This document shows, in pieces, positions 17,918 through 30,426 of a stretch of DNA of 64,000 bases. The DNA comes from Candidatus Minusculum obligatum (GTDB taxonomy: Bacteria > Patescibacteriota > Minisyncoccia > Phycocordibacterales > Phycocordibacteraceae). The stretch spans positions 90,002 to 154,001 of the forward strand of contig DCYT01000001.1 of NCBI GenBank assembly GCA_002331145.1. The letters are read 5' to 3'. The notes below the pieces were generated by a model that worked only from the letters and a program-made list of their open reading frames with translations, ran no database searches and was not told where the DNA came from. The position numbers were made by a program, and so were the translations under genes. The number at the start of each line of letters is the position of its first letter. The stretch's first letter is position 1.

Positions 17918-20900
17918 ATGTTTCACTTCTGGAATTTCTTTCTAAGCAAACGATCGTTTAGCTACCTGCTTATCGTAGCGCTTCTTTTCTTTGGATTTAC
18001 TTCTATTGTTTCAATTCCAAAAGAATCTTCACCTGAAGTTGTTGTTCCTATTGGAGTTGTAAGCTCTGGACTTCCAAATGCTAGCGCTGAAGATGTTGAG
18101 ACACTTATTACAAATAAACTTGAGCAGGAATTTCGATCATCTCTAGATGACGTAAAGCAAATCACTTCAACTACTCGTGAAGGTTCTGTTGGTGTTGTTG
18201 TTGAGTTTGAGGCAAGCGCTGATCTTGATACATCACTGCGAAAACTTCGAGACGCAGCGGATACTGCACGAAGTGAGTTGCCTGATGATGCATTTGATCC
18301 AGTTGTCTCTGAAGTAAACCTTGCAGACCAGCCAATTCTAACTGTTGCTGTTCTTGGATCTGTGCCAGTAGAAGAGCTAACAAAAGTAGCAAACTTTGTT
18401 GAAGAAGAGCTTGAAGGAGTATCTGGTGTTTCTAATGTAGACACTGTAGGAGTACGAGATGAAGAGGTGCAGGTAATTGTCTCTCAAGAATCTCTCAAGA
18501 CATATGGTATTGGCATCTCTGATGTTACAAGAGGACTAGCCTCAGCAAATACTTCAGTCCCTGTGGGAGATATTTCAATTGGGAATGCAAAGTATGCAAT
18601 TAAGTTTGAAGGAGATATTGAGTCTCCTGAGGATGTGGCAGGACTTCCAATTCTTGCAGTTGGAGGAGAGCCTGTATATGTACGAGATATTGCAGATGTG
18701 CGTGTTGGTCTTGCAAAGACACGTTCTATTTCTCGAGTGTCAGTAGAGGGAAGCCAGCCTCAAAACGCAATTTCGTTTTCAGTATATAAGCGAAGTGGCG
18801 GAGACATTACGTCTATTGCACGAGATGTACGAAACAAAGTAACTGAACTTGAAGAGACAAAGGAGCTACAAGGGCTTACTACTTTAATTACTTATGATAA
18901 TGGAGAGCTTGTGGAGGATGACCTTGTAAACCTTACGCGAACAGGAATCCAGACTATTTCTCTTGTGATCCTTATTCTTCTTGTTGCTATTGGATGGCGA
19001 GAGGCTCTTATTGCAGGACTTGCAATCCCTCTTTCATTCTTTATTGGGTTTATTGGACTCTATACATCTGGAAACACACTTAACTTTGTTTCTCTCTTCT
19101 CACTTATCCTCGCAGTTGGAATCCTTGTAGACTCTGCGATTGTAGTTGTAGAAGGAATCAATGGGCGCATGAAGGAGTGGCATGGAAAACTCCAAAGTGC
19201 ACGTGAAGCGCTTCGTGAGTACAGCTACCCTATTACAGCAGGAACACTTACAACCATTGCAGTATTTGCTCCCCTATTCCTCGTATCTGGAGTAACTGGG
19301 CAATTTATTGCATCTATTCCGTTTACGATAATCTTCGTACTTGCTGCATCACTATTTGTGGCCCTTGGTCTTATCCCTCTTATCGCCTCAACATTCCTTA
19401 AGCGACGAACAACAACAAAGTTTGGAAAACTTCAGGAAAAGAAGACTGAGGAGATTCGATCTTGGTACAAAAAGAATGTGCAGAAAATTGTAGGAAACAA
19501 GAGACGAGAGACTATCTTTATTTGGACTATTATCGCAATGTTCATTCTCTCATTCACGCTCCCTGCATTTGGTCTTGTGCGAGTTACATTCTTTGACCAA
19601 GGAGATGTAGACAACCTCTTTGTAGATATTGAACTTCCACAAGGAACAACACTTGCTCGAAGTAATCTTGAGGCACAGAAAGTAGAAGCAATTCTTCTAC
19701 AGGATTCTCGCATTGAAGACTTCACTACCGGAGTTGGAGTGGCAAGTCCATTTAATGGGTCAGGTTCTGCAGACTCAAAGTTTGCAAACATGCAGATTAC
19801 TCTTAAAGAAGATAGGAAGCAGACAAGTACTGAGATCCTCGAAGACATCCGCGCAAGCCTTGCACACATCACCACATCAGATATTCGTGTTGATGAGCCA
19901 AGTGATGGACCTCCTACAGGAGATGCCATTGCTCTCGAGCTTTCAGGAACAAATAATGATGACCTTATTGCAGCTGGAACTACTGTCCGGCAATTCCTTG
20001 AGGGAATTCCAGGAACTGCAAACGTACTTACAAGTGCACGAGACAATGTCGCGCAATTTGTACTTACCATTGACCGAGCAAAGGTTGTAGAGCTTGGACT
20101 CTCACCTCTTGCTGTAGCTGAGGTGCTTCGAACTTCTATCTCTGGAGTAGATGCAACATCAATCCCACAAAATGATGAGGATATTGATATTGTCGTAAAG
20201 ACAAACCTTGCAGCAGACTACACAGACCCTCACGAGACCAATCGAGCAACACTTGATGAGGTGCGGCAGCTAACAGTACAAGGGCCTAGGGGACCTGTGC
20301 TTCTTGGATCTCTTGTAACAGAGAGCTACGAAGTAAGTAATGCTGTTATCTCACACAAAGATGGAAAGCGTATCCTTACCGTATCTGCAGGACTCGCAAA
20401 AGATGGAAATACATACCAAATCCTTGGAGAGATTATGAAGGGACGAGAGAGTCTTGATCTCCCTGCTGGAGTGTCACTCAATATTGCAGGAGAGTCTGAC
20501 GAATCAAATCAGGCATTTGTTGAGATGCTTCTCTCACTTATCGTTGGAATTATCGCAATGCTTGCGATCCTTGTACTACAATTTAATTCATTCCGATATG
20601 CACTCTACGTGCTTTCAGTTGTTCCATTCTCACTTATTGGAATCTTCTTTGGACTTATGATTTCAGGACAGGCACTATCCTTCCCTTCTATTATGGGATT
20701 CATTGCTCTAACTGGAATTGTGGTAAATAACTCAATTATCCTTATCGATGTAATGAACAACATTCGTCGAAAGAATCCTGAGAAGTCTATTGATGAAGTT
20801 GTGCTTGAAGGAGCAACAGCTCGACTGCGACCAATTCTTCTTACTACCCTTACAACGGTAATTGGAATTATGCCACTTATCTTTGCTTCAGCACTGTGGG

Positions 20901-21052
20901 CACCACTTGCATGGGCAATTATCTTTGGACTTACCTTCTCGGTTGTTCTGACTCTTATCCTTATCCCAACAATCTATAGGCGTTGGCCAGGAATGCTTCC
21001 AGAGGAAAAGGAAGCAAAGAAACTCGCAGAAGAACAAGCAGTGCAGCATTAA
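17918..21052 (+). CDS. RND family efflux permease (AcrB/HAE1-like)
   Basis: The 1044-aa ORF has 12-TM architecture with two large periplasmic loops and typical TM4/TM10 regions. Confidence 0.9.
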   Translation: MFHFWNFFLSKRSFSYLLIVALLFFGFTSIVSIPKESSPEVVVPIGVVSSGLPNASAEDVETLITNKLEQEFRSSLDDVKQITSTTREGSVGVVVEFEASADLDTSLRKLRDAADTARSELPDDAFDPVVSEVNLADQPILTVAVLGSVPVEELTKVANFVEEELEGVSGVSNVDTVGVRDEEVQVIVSQESLKTYGIGISDVTRGLASANTSVPVGDISIGNAKYAIKFEGDIESPEDVAGLPILAVGGEPVYVRDIADVRVGLAKTRSISRVSVEGSQPQNAISFSVYKRSGGDITSIARDVRNKVTELEETKELQGLTTLITYDNGELVEDDLVNLTRTGIQTISLVILILLVAIGWREALIAGLAIPLSFFIGFIGLYTSGNTLNFVSLFSLILAVGILVDSAIVVVEGINGRMKEWHGKLQSAREALREYSYPITAGTLTTIAVFAPLFLVSGVTGQFIASIPFTIIFVLAASLFVALGLIPLIASTFLKRRTTTKFGKLQEKKTEEIRSWYKKNVQKIVGNKRRETIFIWTIIAMFILSFTLPAFGLVRVTFFDQGDVDNLFVDIELPQGTTLARSNLEAQKVEAILLQDSRIEDFTTGVGVASPFNGSGSADSKFANMQITLKEDRKQTSTEILEDIRASLAHITTSDIRVDEPSDGPPTGDAIALELSGTNNDDLIAAGTTVRQFLEGIPGTANVLTSARDNVAQFVLTIDRAKVVELGLSPLAVAEVLRTSISGVDATSIPQNDEDIDIVVKTNLAADYTDPHETNRATLDEVRQLTVQGPRGPVLLGSLVTESYEVSNAVISHKDGKRILTVSAGLAKDGNTYQILGEIMKGRESLDLPAGVSLNIAGESDESNQAFVEMLLSLIVGIIAMLAILVLQFNSFRYALYVLSVVPFSLIGIFFGLMISGQALSFPSIMGFIALTGIVVNNSIILIDVMNNIRRKNPEKSIDEVVLEGATARLRPILLTTLTTVIGIMPLIFASALWAPLAWAIIFGLTFSVVLTLILIPTIYRRWPGMLPEEKEAKKLAEEQAVQH

Positions 21053-21090
21053 AAATAAAACCCCACACAACTGTGTGGGGTTTTATTTTT
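21051..21090. terminator. Bidirectional rho-independent terminator between the RND operon and atpC
   Basis: The sequence aaaaataaaaccccacacaactgtgtggggttttattttt forms a 9-bp GC stem flanked by A and T runs. Confidence 0.8.
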
Positions 21091-21334
21091 ATAGAATCAC
21101 CGTCACCTGATTGTTTGAAATCTCAATGACACCAGCATGTTTAAACTCAATGTCATGCCTGTGCTCTTTTCCGTCATAGACAACAGCAGTACAAGGCACC
21201 ACAGGAGCTACAAATGGTTCGTGATCTGCAAGCACTGTTATTTCACCATCTACACACGCAAGTGTGAGTGAATGTGCATCACCTTCGTAGAGAGATTCTC
21301 CAACTTTAGAAATAGTAAGGTGAAAAGATTTCAT
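21089..21334 (-). CDS. atpC: F1 ATP synthase epsilon subunit
   Basis: It is 81 aa and is last in the atp operon. Confidence 0.8.
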   Translation of the reverse strand: MKSFHLTISKVGESLYEGDAHSLTLACVDGEITVLADHEPFVAPVVPCTAVVYDGKEHRHDIEFKHAGVIEISNNQVTVIL

Positions 21335-21335
21335 A

Positions 21336-23622
<2,287 letters not shown>

Positions 23623-23625
23623 GGT

Positions 23626-25170
23626 TTATGATCGATCCTTAAATGTCTTCACGAGCTCAGCTAGCTTCTTTGCAGAATCTTCACTGATCTCTTTATCTTT
23701 CTTGATTGCCTCAAGCACCATTACTCCCTCTCGAGCGAGGAAGGTCTTAAATTCTGCCTCAAGCTCTCGAACCTTTGCAGGATCAACATCATTTAGAAGA
23801 TCATCTCCTGCAGCAAATAGAATTGCAGCAATCTCCTCAAACGGCATAGGAGCTCCCTTATCCTGATTCATAAGCTCAGTCATTCTTCGCCCTGAATCAA
23901 TTCGATCCTTTGTATCTTTATCAAGATCTGATGCAAACTGCGCAAATGCCTCAAGCTCTCTAAACTGAGCAAGCTCAAGTCGCACCGTTCCTGACACCTT
24001 CTTAACCGCCTTTGTCTGAGCTGCAGACCCTACTCGAGATACAGACAGTCCTACGTTAATAGCTGGACGCAGTCCCTTGTTAAAGAGATCTGATTCAAGA
24101 TAAATCTGTCCGTCCGTAATTGAAATTACGTTTGTTGGAATGTATGCAGACACATCATTCTCTTGTGTCTCGATAATAGGGAGTGCAGTAAGAGATCCTC
24201 CTCCCTTATCTTTTGAAAGCTTTGCGGCTCGCTCCAAAAGCCTAGAGTGAAGGTAGAAAATATCTCCAGGATAGGCCTCTCGTCCTGGTGGACGCCGAAG
24301 AAGTAGCGAAAGCTGCCGATACGCTACCGCCTGCTTTGAAAGGTCATCATAGATAACAAGTGCATCTTGCCCTCGATCCATAAAGTACTCTCCAATGGCA
24401 GCTCCAGCGTACGGTGCAAGGTATTGAATAGCAGCAGGCTCAGCAGCAGAAGCGGTAACCACAATGGTGTAATCCATTGCTCCCTTTTCCTCAAGCTCAG
24501 CTACGATACGTGCTGTCTTTGATTCCTTCTGTCCAATAGCAACATAAATACAAATTGGTCGATTCTTTGGAGACTCATTCTTCTGATTAAGAATCGTATC
24601 AATAGCGATAGTTGTCTTTCCTGTATACCTATCTCCAATAATAAGCTCACGCTGTCCTCGACCAATTGGAATCATGGCATCAACCGCCTTAATTCCAGTA
24701 TGAAGAGGAACATCAACTGGAGATCGCTCAATCACAGAGTATGCATCGCGCTCAATAGGGACAAATGTTTTTGCTTTTGTCTTTCCTTTTCCATCTACTG
24801 CTTCAGCCAATGGGTTTAGTACTCGTCCGATAAGCTCATCACCCACAGGGAGTGACAGAAGCCTTCCTGTACGACGAACAAGCATTCCTTCGTACACTGT
24901 ATTGCTCTCCCCTAAAATAGCTGCTTTTACACCATCCTCCTCAAGGTTTAGTACAAGACCGTAAGTTAGAGAATCATCTTTTAGCGCAGCCTCAAGAGAC
25001 CTATCGTGCGTCTTATCAAAGAGCACCATCTCCATCATCATGGCATTTTGCAGCCCTTCGATTTCAACAATACCGTCTCCAGTACTCTTGATGTGACCTA
25101 CTTCCTCCTGATGCTTTACCGGGGTAAAGGTATCAATCTCTTTTTGAATTCTTTTAATAATTGCATCCAT
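23626..25170 (-). CDS. atpA: F1 ATP synthase alpha subunit
   Basis: It has the motif [15 protein letters not shown]. Confidence 0.97.
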   Translation of the reverse strand: MDAIIKRIQKEIDTFTPVKHQEEVGHIKSTGDGIVEIEGLQNAMMMEMVLFDKTHDRSLEAALKDDSLTYGLVLNLEEDGVKAAILGESNTVYEGMLVRRTGRLLSLPVGDELIGRVLNPLAEAVDGKGKTKAKTFVPIERDAYSVIERSPVDVPLHTGIKAVDAMIPIGRGQRELIIGDRYTGKTTIAIDTILNQKNESPKNRPICIYVAIGQKESKTARIVAELEEKGAMDYTIVVTASAAEPAAIQYLAPYAGAAIGEYFMDRGQDALVIYDDLSKQAVAYRQLSLLLRRPPGREAYPGDIFYLHSRLLERAAKLSKDKGGGSLTALPIIETQENDVSAYIPTNVISITDGQIYLESDLFNKGLRPAINVGLSVSRVGSAAQTKAVKKVSGTVRLELAQFRELEAFAQFASDLDKDTKDRIDSGRRMTELMNQDKGAPMPFEEIAAILFAAGDDLLNDVDPAKVRELEAEFKTFLAREGVMVLEAIKKDKEISEDSAKKLAELVKTFKDRS

Positions 25171-25171
25171 A

Positions 25172-25528
25172 CTACTTTGTGATATTTCGATAAAGCTCCA
25201 TAAGCGACCTCTTGTAACTTGCGTCAGTTAGCACTCCGTCTTTGAAGTGCTGCCATCCACCGACTAAGTTTGGATCGATGGTCGCACCAACTTTTATTCC
25301 GGCTGCTTTGCGTGCAGCAACAACATCTTTCTTTCTTCCAACAATAAGTGTTTCCTTCCCTTTCTCTGCCCCACCTTTCTTTAAAGAAGCAAGGATTCCT
25401 GGCAAAAGTTTCTCGTGCCTTCTAGCTTTTATATACTTTAAAAACTTTGTAAGGACTTTCCCCTGCTCACTTGCAGTTTTCCCTTCTAGGGATTCTCTTA
25501 GAGCTGCTGCATAGGTGCGTGCATTCAT
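25172..25528 (-). CDS. atpH: ATP synthase delta (OSCP) subunit, unusually short at 118 aa
   Basis: It sits between atpF and atpA. Its N- and C-terminal ends resemble OSCP, but the middle is missing. Confidence 0.6.
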   Translation of the reverse strand: MNARTYAAALRESLEGKTASEQGKVLTKFLKYIKARRHEKLLPGILASLKKGGAEKGKETLIVGRKKDVVAARKAAGIKVGATIDPNLVGGWQHFKDGVLTDASYKRSLMELYRNITK

Positions 25529-25529
25529 A

Positions 25530-25973
25530 TTATTTCTTCTCTAACACCTTCTCTGCTGCAAGGATAGAAAGTTTTGCAATTTCTTTCTCTGCATCCTTTC
25601 GAGCCTTCTTCTCTGTCTCTTTGGCTCGAAGCTCTGCATCTTTTGCAACTTTAGCCGCACGCTCCTCTGCATCTTTAAGAATCTTTCCTCGCTCGTCAGA
25701 TCCCTGCTGCTTTGCAGCAGTTACAACATCGTGCGCCTCAGTCTCGGCAGACTTTAGAATCTCTCCCTTCTTCTCTTCTACATCTTTTCGTATCTCCTCT
25801 GCAGCCTGCGCATCCTTAACACCCTTTGCAATCATCTCCTCTCGTCCACGCAACATAGAAAGCACTGGTTTATACAAGAAAAACCATAGTGCTCCTACAA
25901 GAATTCCAAAATTGATCACCTGCAAAATAAGCAGCCGCCAATCAATTCCAAATGCGTGAAAGAGTTCAGACAT
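25530..25973 (-). CDS. atpF: Fo ATP synthase b subunit
   Basis: It has one N-terminal TM segment followed by a long charged helix. Confidence 0.8.
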   Translation of the reverse strand: MSELFHAFGIDWRLLILQVINFGILVGALWFFLYKPVLSMLRGREEMIAKGVKDAQAAEEIRKDVEEKKGEILKSAETEAHDVVTAAKQQGSDERGKILKDAEERAAKVAKDAELRAKETEKKARKDAEKEIAKLSILAAEKVLEKK

Positions 25974-25976
25974 GAT

Positions 25977-26213
<237 letters not shown>

Positions 26214-26288
26214 CTAAACCTTAATAATTGATGGCCAATTTAAAGCCACGCATCGAATCACCACAATGATCCGATGTGTGGTCTCAAA

Positions 26289-27038
26289 TTAATGAGGCTC
26301 GGCTACTGCAATCTTTATAAAGAAGAGTGTCAGTAAGGCAAAAATTGCTGCCTGTATGAATCCCACAAAAAGCTCAAAGGCTAGAAGTGGAACAGGTACC
26401 AAAAGTGGCACAAATGAAAACACAACGAGAATCAAAACTTTCCCCGCGAAGATGTTTCCAAAAAGACGGAAAGAGAATGAAATCAGCCGTGCTAGTTCAC
26501 TAAAAAGTTCAATGATACCGACAGCAAATGCTAGCGGCGACTTAAAAGTAACAAATTTTCCTCCATACCTCAAAGCACCGAGGGTGATAATTCCAGCAGT
26601 TTCAATTGCAAGGAGTGCAATAATTGAAAGTGCGAGCGTAACATTGAGATCTGTATTGATTGGATAGAAAAATGGAAGGAAGTGTCCATGGTCTTCTATT
26701 CCAATTGCTCCAATAAATGGCAAAAGTCCAAACCAGTTTGCGGTAAGAACAAAAATAAAGATTGTCATTACAAGTGGGAATACCCACGCAACAAGTTTTT
26801 TATCGTATTCGAGTGTCTCTCGAACAAATGAATATGGAAATTCAATGATTCCCTCTACCGCAGCCTGAAGTTTTCCAGGAACAAGCTTTAAATTCCTTCC
26901 CAAAAAGTACGCACTTACAATAAGTAGCGCACTTACAACAATAGTACTCAAAAGCGTGTTGGTAATCGGCAAACCAAAAAGGTGCGTGAGCACCGTTGGT
27001 TCAAGATGAATCGCAATTTCTTTTGCCATTTCGCGCAT
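26289..27038 (-). CDS. atpB: Fo ATP synthase a subunit
   Basis: It is a multi-TM protein with a conserved Arg-containing penultimate helix. It is first in the operon. Confidence 0.85.
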   Translation of the reverse strand: MREMAKEIAIHLEPTVLTHLFGLPITNTLLSTIVVSALLIVSAYFLGRNLKLVPGKLQAAVEGIIEFPYSFVRETLEYDKKLVAWVFPLVMTIFIFVLTANWFGLLPFIGAIGIEDHGHFLPFFYPINTDLNVTLALSIIALLAIETAGIITLGALRYGGKFVTFKSPLAFAVGIIELFSELARLISFSFRLFGNIFAGKVLILVVFSFVPLLVPVPLLAFELFVGFIQAAIFALLTLFFIKIAVAEPH

Positions 27039-27074
27039 CAGTTTAACATGTACAGAACGTATGAGAAGTGGACA

Positions 27075-27112
27075 AAAAGCGAAAAATCCCCGGTAATACC
27101 GAGGATTTTTCT
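27075..27112 (-). terminator. Rho-independent terminator separating the DUF378 gene from the atp operon
   Basis: The stem aaaatcc...ggatttt has a 13-nt loop. A T-run follows on the minus strand. Confidence 0.6.
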
Positions 27113-27129
27113 AAAAGCAAAATTAGATG

Positions 27130-27324
27130 CTATTTCTTCATGAACATGTTGAAAAGCATGTACAGTGCTGAAATTCCTACGAGAATATATACAATATTCG
27201 CGATATTTCCTGCACCAAAAATCATTTCTACCAAGTTAAGGTTTGCAGCACCGATAAGTCCCCAGTTGATACCTCCAACGAAAACTAAAATGTATGCAAT
27301 CCAATCGAGAGCGTTCATTCGCAT
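27130..27324 (-). CDS. DUF378 family small membrane protein
   Basis: It has the signature WIAYILVFVGGINWGLIGAANLNLVEMIFG. The start is set at the internal Met. Confidence 0.65.
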   Translation of the reverse strand: MRMNALDWIAYILVFVGGINWGLIGAANLNLVEMIFGAGNIANIVYILVGISALYMLFNMFMKK

Positions 27325-27417
27325 ATGCGTTATGTGAATTTCCGGTAATACGACCACATATATTTTATCACGCAAGCACTAGAGCCTCATTTTGTCTAGA
27401 AAAGGAGGTGTATAACC

Positions 27418-27885
27418 CTAATTTAGGAAAAATAGACTTGCATTGAGGTATGTTGCAAACAACACCCAAAGTAAATACGGAATGAGAATAACTCCAGCAA
27501 TCTTTGAGATTTTGTAAAATCGCCTAATTATCTCTAGAAGCATCAAGTCTAGGATGATAATTACACCAAGTGCTAATCCTATATTCTGTTCTCCAAAGAA
27601 AATGATAGACCACGAAGCATTAACAAAGAGATGTGTGAAGAATAATGCCAATGCCCTTCTATAATTTTCACCCTTACTCTTCCAGACAAGATATGAGCTA
27701 ATACCCATAAGTGTGTAGAGAGTTGTCCAAACAGGACCAAATACCCAACTTGGAGGATTAAGTGCTGGTTTTATAAGAAAATCATACCAAGAATCAATAT
27801 TTGGCACTGTTGCGAAACTTCCTAAAATTCCAGCAGCTTGAGCTACAAGAATAAAGAAAAGAAGAATTACTGCTTGTTTAATCAT
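27418..27885 (-). CDS. TspO/MBR family tryptophan-rich sensory protein
   Basis: It has five TM segments and W-rich motifs (PPSWVFGPVWTTLYTLMG). Confidence 0.8.
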   Translation of the reverse strand: MIKQAVILLFFILVAQAAGILGSFATVPNIDSWYDFLIKPALNPPSWVFGPVWTTLYTLMGISSYLVWKSKGENYRRALALFFTHLFVNASWSIIFFGEQNIGLALGVIIILDLMLLEIIRRFYKISKIAGVILIPYLLWVLFATYLNASLFFLN

Positions 27886-27888
27886 GCA

Positions 27889-28464
27889 TTAAGTATACTT
27901 CTGTACTTCTTTCCTACGGAAACAATCAACAGAATGATCATTTACCATTCCTGATGCCTGCATATGTGCATAGACAGTAGTTGGTCCTAAGAATTTAAAT
28001 CCTCGCTTTTTTAAATCTTTTGCAAAAACGTCTGATTCTTTTGTTGTTGCAGAATAATCTTCTATCTTCTTTATATTGTTTTGTATTGGCTTCCCCCCTA
28101 CAAAACTCCACATGTACGTATCAAAGGTCCCGAATTCCTCCCGAATTTCCAAAAACTTCTTTGCATTGTTTATTGCAGACTCAATCTTTGCTCTATTTCG
28201 AATAATAGAGGAGTCTTGCAGCATTCGCTCCACATCTTTTTCTGTTAGCTTTGCAACTTTCTTTGGATCAAAGTTTTTAAAGTTTTTTCTATACCCATCT
28301 CTCTTTTTGAGTATTGTCTCCCAAGAAAGTCCTGCTTGTGCACTCTCAAGAGTTAGGAATTCAAAAATCTTATGATCATCATGCAATGGTACTCCCCATT
28401 CAGTATCATGGTATTCAACATAGAAATCTTTTTCGAGTGGTACCCAAGGACAACGCTTTTTCAT
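27889..28464 (-). CDS. tag: DNA-3-methyladenine glycosylase I
   Basis: The match CPWVPLEKDFYVEYHDTEWGVP...FEFLTLESAQAGLSWETIL starts at MKKRCPW, where the start is set. Confidence 0.85.
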   Translation of the reverse strand: MKKRCPWVPLEKDFYVEYHDTEWGVPLHDDHKIFEFLTLESAQAGLSWETILKKRDGYRKNFKNFDPKKVAKLTEKDVERMLQDSSIIRNRAKIESAINNAKKFLEIREEFGTFDTYMWSFVGGKPIQNNIKKIEDYSATTKESDVFAKDLKKRGFKFLGPTTVYAHMQASGMVNDHSVDCFRRKEVQKYT

Positions 28465-28521
28465 AAAGCATATAGTATCAAATATTAGAAAACACACCCC
28501 TGAAGGTGTGTTTTCCGCTTT

Positions 28522-28551
28522 TGTGGAGCAGTTAGGAGCTGGTTGGAATCT
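28522..28551. repeat. Repeat R1, carrying the Ra arm only (tgtggagcagttaggagctggttggaatct)
   Basis: It is identical to the right halves of R2 and R3. Confidence 0.7.
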
Positions 28552-28555
28552 ATAT

Positions 28556-28584
28556 TTGACAGTATCTAATATATACGTTATAAT
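28556..28584 (+). promoter_or_regulatory. Consensus sigma70-type promoter (TTGACA, 17-bp spacer, TATAAT) driving the small peptide gene
   Basis: The -35 element is at 28556-28561 and the -10 element at 28579-28584. An AAGGAGGTG Shine-Dalgarno sequence at 28606-28614 lies 9 nt before the ATG at 28624. Confidence 0.6.
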
Positions 28585-28623
28585 CAATAAGAATTTTAGA
28601 AGGGAAAGGAGGTGTAAATACTT

Positions 28624-28791
28624 ATGCCCTTCAATAAAGATTCTTCGGGAGAATTTCGTCATTCTTCCAGCGGGGTCATTTTGGCCATAACAGCCATTCT
28701 TGCCCTCATAATTATACTTGGCATCGCAAACCTTCCTCTTTTCTTAGAGGAATGGCGAGCTGAGAACTACGCATATTCCGAACAAAAATAA
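28624..28791 (+). CDS. A 55-aa single-TM peptide, MPFNKDSSGEFRHSSSGVILAITAILALIIILGIANLPLFLEEWRAENYAYSEQK. It is a candidate type I toxin-like or small membrane protein.
   Basis: It is not in the ORF track because it is shorter than 60 aa. It has a perfect promoter, a strong SD and its own hairpin terminator. Confidence 0.5.
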   Translation: MPFNKDSSGEFRHSSSGVILAITAILALIIILGIANLPLFLEEWRAENYAYSEQK

Positions 28792-28829
28792 CAACAAGGA
28801 CATGCGTGCCAAGAAACTGTTCACAACTT

Positions 28830-28864
28830 GCCACCCGCACATAATAGTGGGTGGCATATTTTAT
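28830..28864 (+). terminator. Rho-independent terminator for the small peptide gene
   Basis: The stem gccaccc...gggtggc is followed by atattttataat. Confidence 0.6.
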
Positions 28865-28878
28865 AATGTGCTCCGTTT

Positions 28879-28931
28879 GTTTTTTGGATAAATCCAAACT
28901 TTGTGGAGCAGTTAGGAGCTGGTTGGAATCT
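28879..28931. repeat. Repeat R2 (La+Ra): tttttggataaatccaaactttgtggagcagttaggagctggttggaatct
   Basis: It is near-identical to R3. It contains the dyad TTGGATAAATCCAA. Confidence 0.75.
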
Positions 28932-28932
28932 T

Positions 28933-29355
28933 TTAGCTCTGAGGAGAAATAAAATGATTATAAACTGGATACACTTGCGCAGAAATTACTTGTGAAATCA
29001 TACTTAGTTGAGCTGGTTTAATTTGCTCTCTCATTTCAAGGATTTTTTCATATGAAAAGAACTCACAGGCTGCAGTCTCTACACCATCTGAAGTTGGCTC
29101 CCCACTTTCAATGTGAGCATCAAATAAAATTACGATTCCTTGAGTCTTTTTTTGAGAAAAAATGCCAAGTAATTGCCCAAGTTTAATACCACAACCTGTC
29201 TCTTCTTTAACTTCCCGAACTAACGCATCAGGCATAAGTTCTTGGAAATCGGGACCTCCTCCTGGCAAAGTCCAGAGCTGCTGACGAGTTACATCCTTAA
29301 CGAGAAGAATTTTATCCTCTTTGTTCTTTATAAAAGCAAATACTCCTACATCCAT
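28933..29355 (-). CDS. NUDIX hydrolase
   Basis: It has the Nudix box (GGGPDFQELMPDALVREVKEETG). It is precisely bracketed by R2 and R3. Confidence 0.85.
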   Translation of the reverse strand: MDVGVFAFIKNKEDKILLVKDVTRQQLWTLPGGGPDFQELMPDALVREVKEETGCGIKLGQLLGIFSQKKTQGIVILFDAHIESGEPTSDGVETAACEFFSYEKILEMREQIKPAQLSMISQVISAQVYPVYNHFISPQS

Positions 29356-29373
29356 TAATGTAAGAGTATCAGC

Positions 29374-29426
29374 TTTTTTTGGATTTATCCAAACTTTGTG
29401 GAGCGGTTAGGAGCTGGTTGGAATCT
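29374..29426. repeat. Repeat R3 (La+Ra)
   Basis: The sequence tttttttggatttatccaaactttgtggagcggttaggagctggttggaatct differs from R2 at two positions. Confidence 0.75.
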
Positions 29427-30366
29427 ACAGGAACATAAAGAGACCTCCTTTTGTACCATCTAAATTAATTTCATAAATAGCAAACTCTTCTTTGGGCCCT
29501 GGCATACCTGGAGAACCGCTTGGCATACCTGCCATGCCAATACCTTTTATGGGAGGTCGCTCCGCAAGGAGCTTCTGCACAGCTTCTTCAGGAACATGAC
29601 CTTCGACCACATACCCTCCAATCGTCATGGTGTGACAGCTTCCAAGTTCACTTGGGACGCCAAACTGCTCTTTTATAGCAATAAGCTCATCTGTATTTTC
29701 TGCAACCACATCGTACCCTTTACCTTGGAGGTGTGCGACATACCCTGAACAACATCCACATGTGGGTGATTTATATACAGTTGCAATAACATCTTTTGCC
29801 TCAATCATCGCAGATTCACTAGAGCTAATCTCCCGATAAATGTCTCGCATTAAATTAATCTCTTCTGATTGATTTACGATAATTGCGTTAGCAAGAGTCA
29901 TTATCTCCTCGTACTTTGCAACAGGAAGCACAGTTTGTGCCATCATAATTGCACCCATGTGATGCATGGTCATGTCATGAAGAAATATACGGTCAAGAGG
30001 TTCTCCTGAAAGAGATTCAAGCTCTCGCATCATTGGCATATATACACCCTGATCCACATACTCCTCCCCATACCACGTCTGGTAATTTTCCTTCATTTGC
30101 GCAACCTCTTTTGTTTGTGTTGAGATAATGTTTTTTGAGAGAGAAACCATTCGCTCCACAGTCCCTCCTCGCTCAAGAACCTCTTGTGCTGTAGAAATAG
30201 CCTCTTCATGATGAGGAATCATATGCTCCAAAAACTCACGTTCATTTGAGAAGTTTGGAACCATCGCATGCTGTACCTGCTGTTTTTCAGTAAAAGAATT
30301 ATCCAGAAATAAAACTGCTACGGCGACTACAACTCCTCCTAAAAGAATCAATCCTGCTTTTTTCAT
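29425..30366 (-). CDS. Secreted or anchored DUF305 (ferritin-like, MIPHH...HHMGAI) fused to a DUF411/CopG-like Cys-rich metal-binding domain. It is a copper-homeostasis-type protein.
   Basis: The N-terminal domain has HxxH/HH motifs (MIPHHEEAI; MTMHHMGAIMMAQ). The C-terminal domain has TCGCCSGY...GSCHT...GMPSGSPGMPG. Confidence 0.7.
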   Translation of the reverse strand: MKKAGLILLGGVVVAVAVLFLDNSFTEKQQVQHAMVPNFSNEREFLEHMIPHHEEAISTAQEVLERGGTVERMVSLSKNIISTQTKEVAQMKENYQTWYGEEYVDQGVYMPMMRELESLSGEPLDRIFLHDMTMHHMGAIMMAQTVLPVAKYEEIMTLANAIIVNQSEEINLMRDIYREISSSESAMIEAKDVIATVYKSPTCGCCSGYVAHLQGKGYDVVAENTDELIAIKEQFGVPSELGSCHTMTIGGYVVEGHVPEEAVQKLLAERPPIKGIGMAGMPSGSPGMPGPKEEFAIYEINLDGTKGGLFMFL

Positions 30367-30426
30367 AGTTTCCCAATTCTACACTAATGAACAAAAGACG
30401 TTAAATTCATTTGCTACACTGTATGC

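Noticed and set aside
17962-20090. Several ORFs antisense to the RND permease (160-212 aa)
   Set aside because: Their S/T/A-rich translations are typical of reverse frames of a GC-normal membrane gene. The RND permease call is solid.
25242-25959. Plus-strand ORFs inside atpH/atpF
   Set aside because: They are antisense to the conserved atp operon genes.
27401-27410. Orphan AAAGGAGGTG Shine-Dalgarno-like sequence after TspO
   Set aside because: No start codon (ATG/GTG/TTG) follows within 5-13 nt, so it is probably fortuitous or a remnant.
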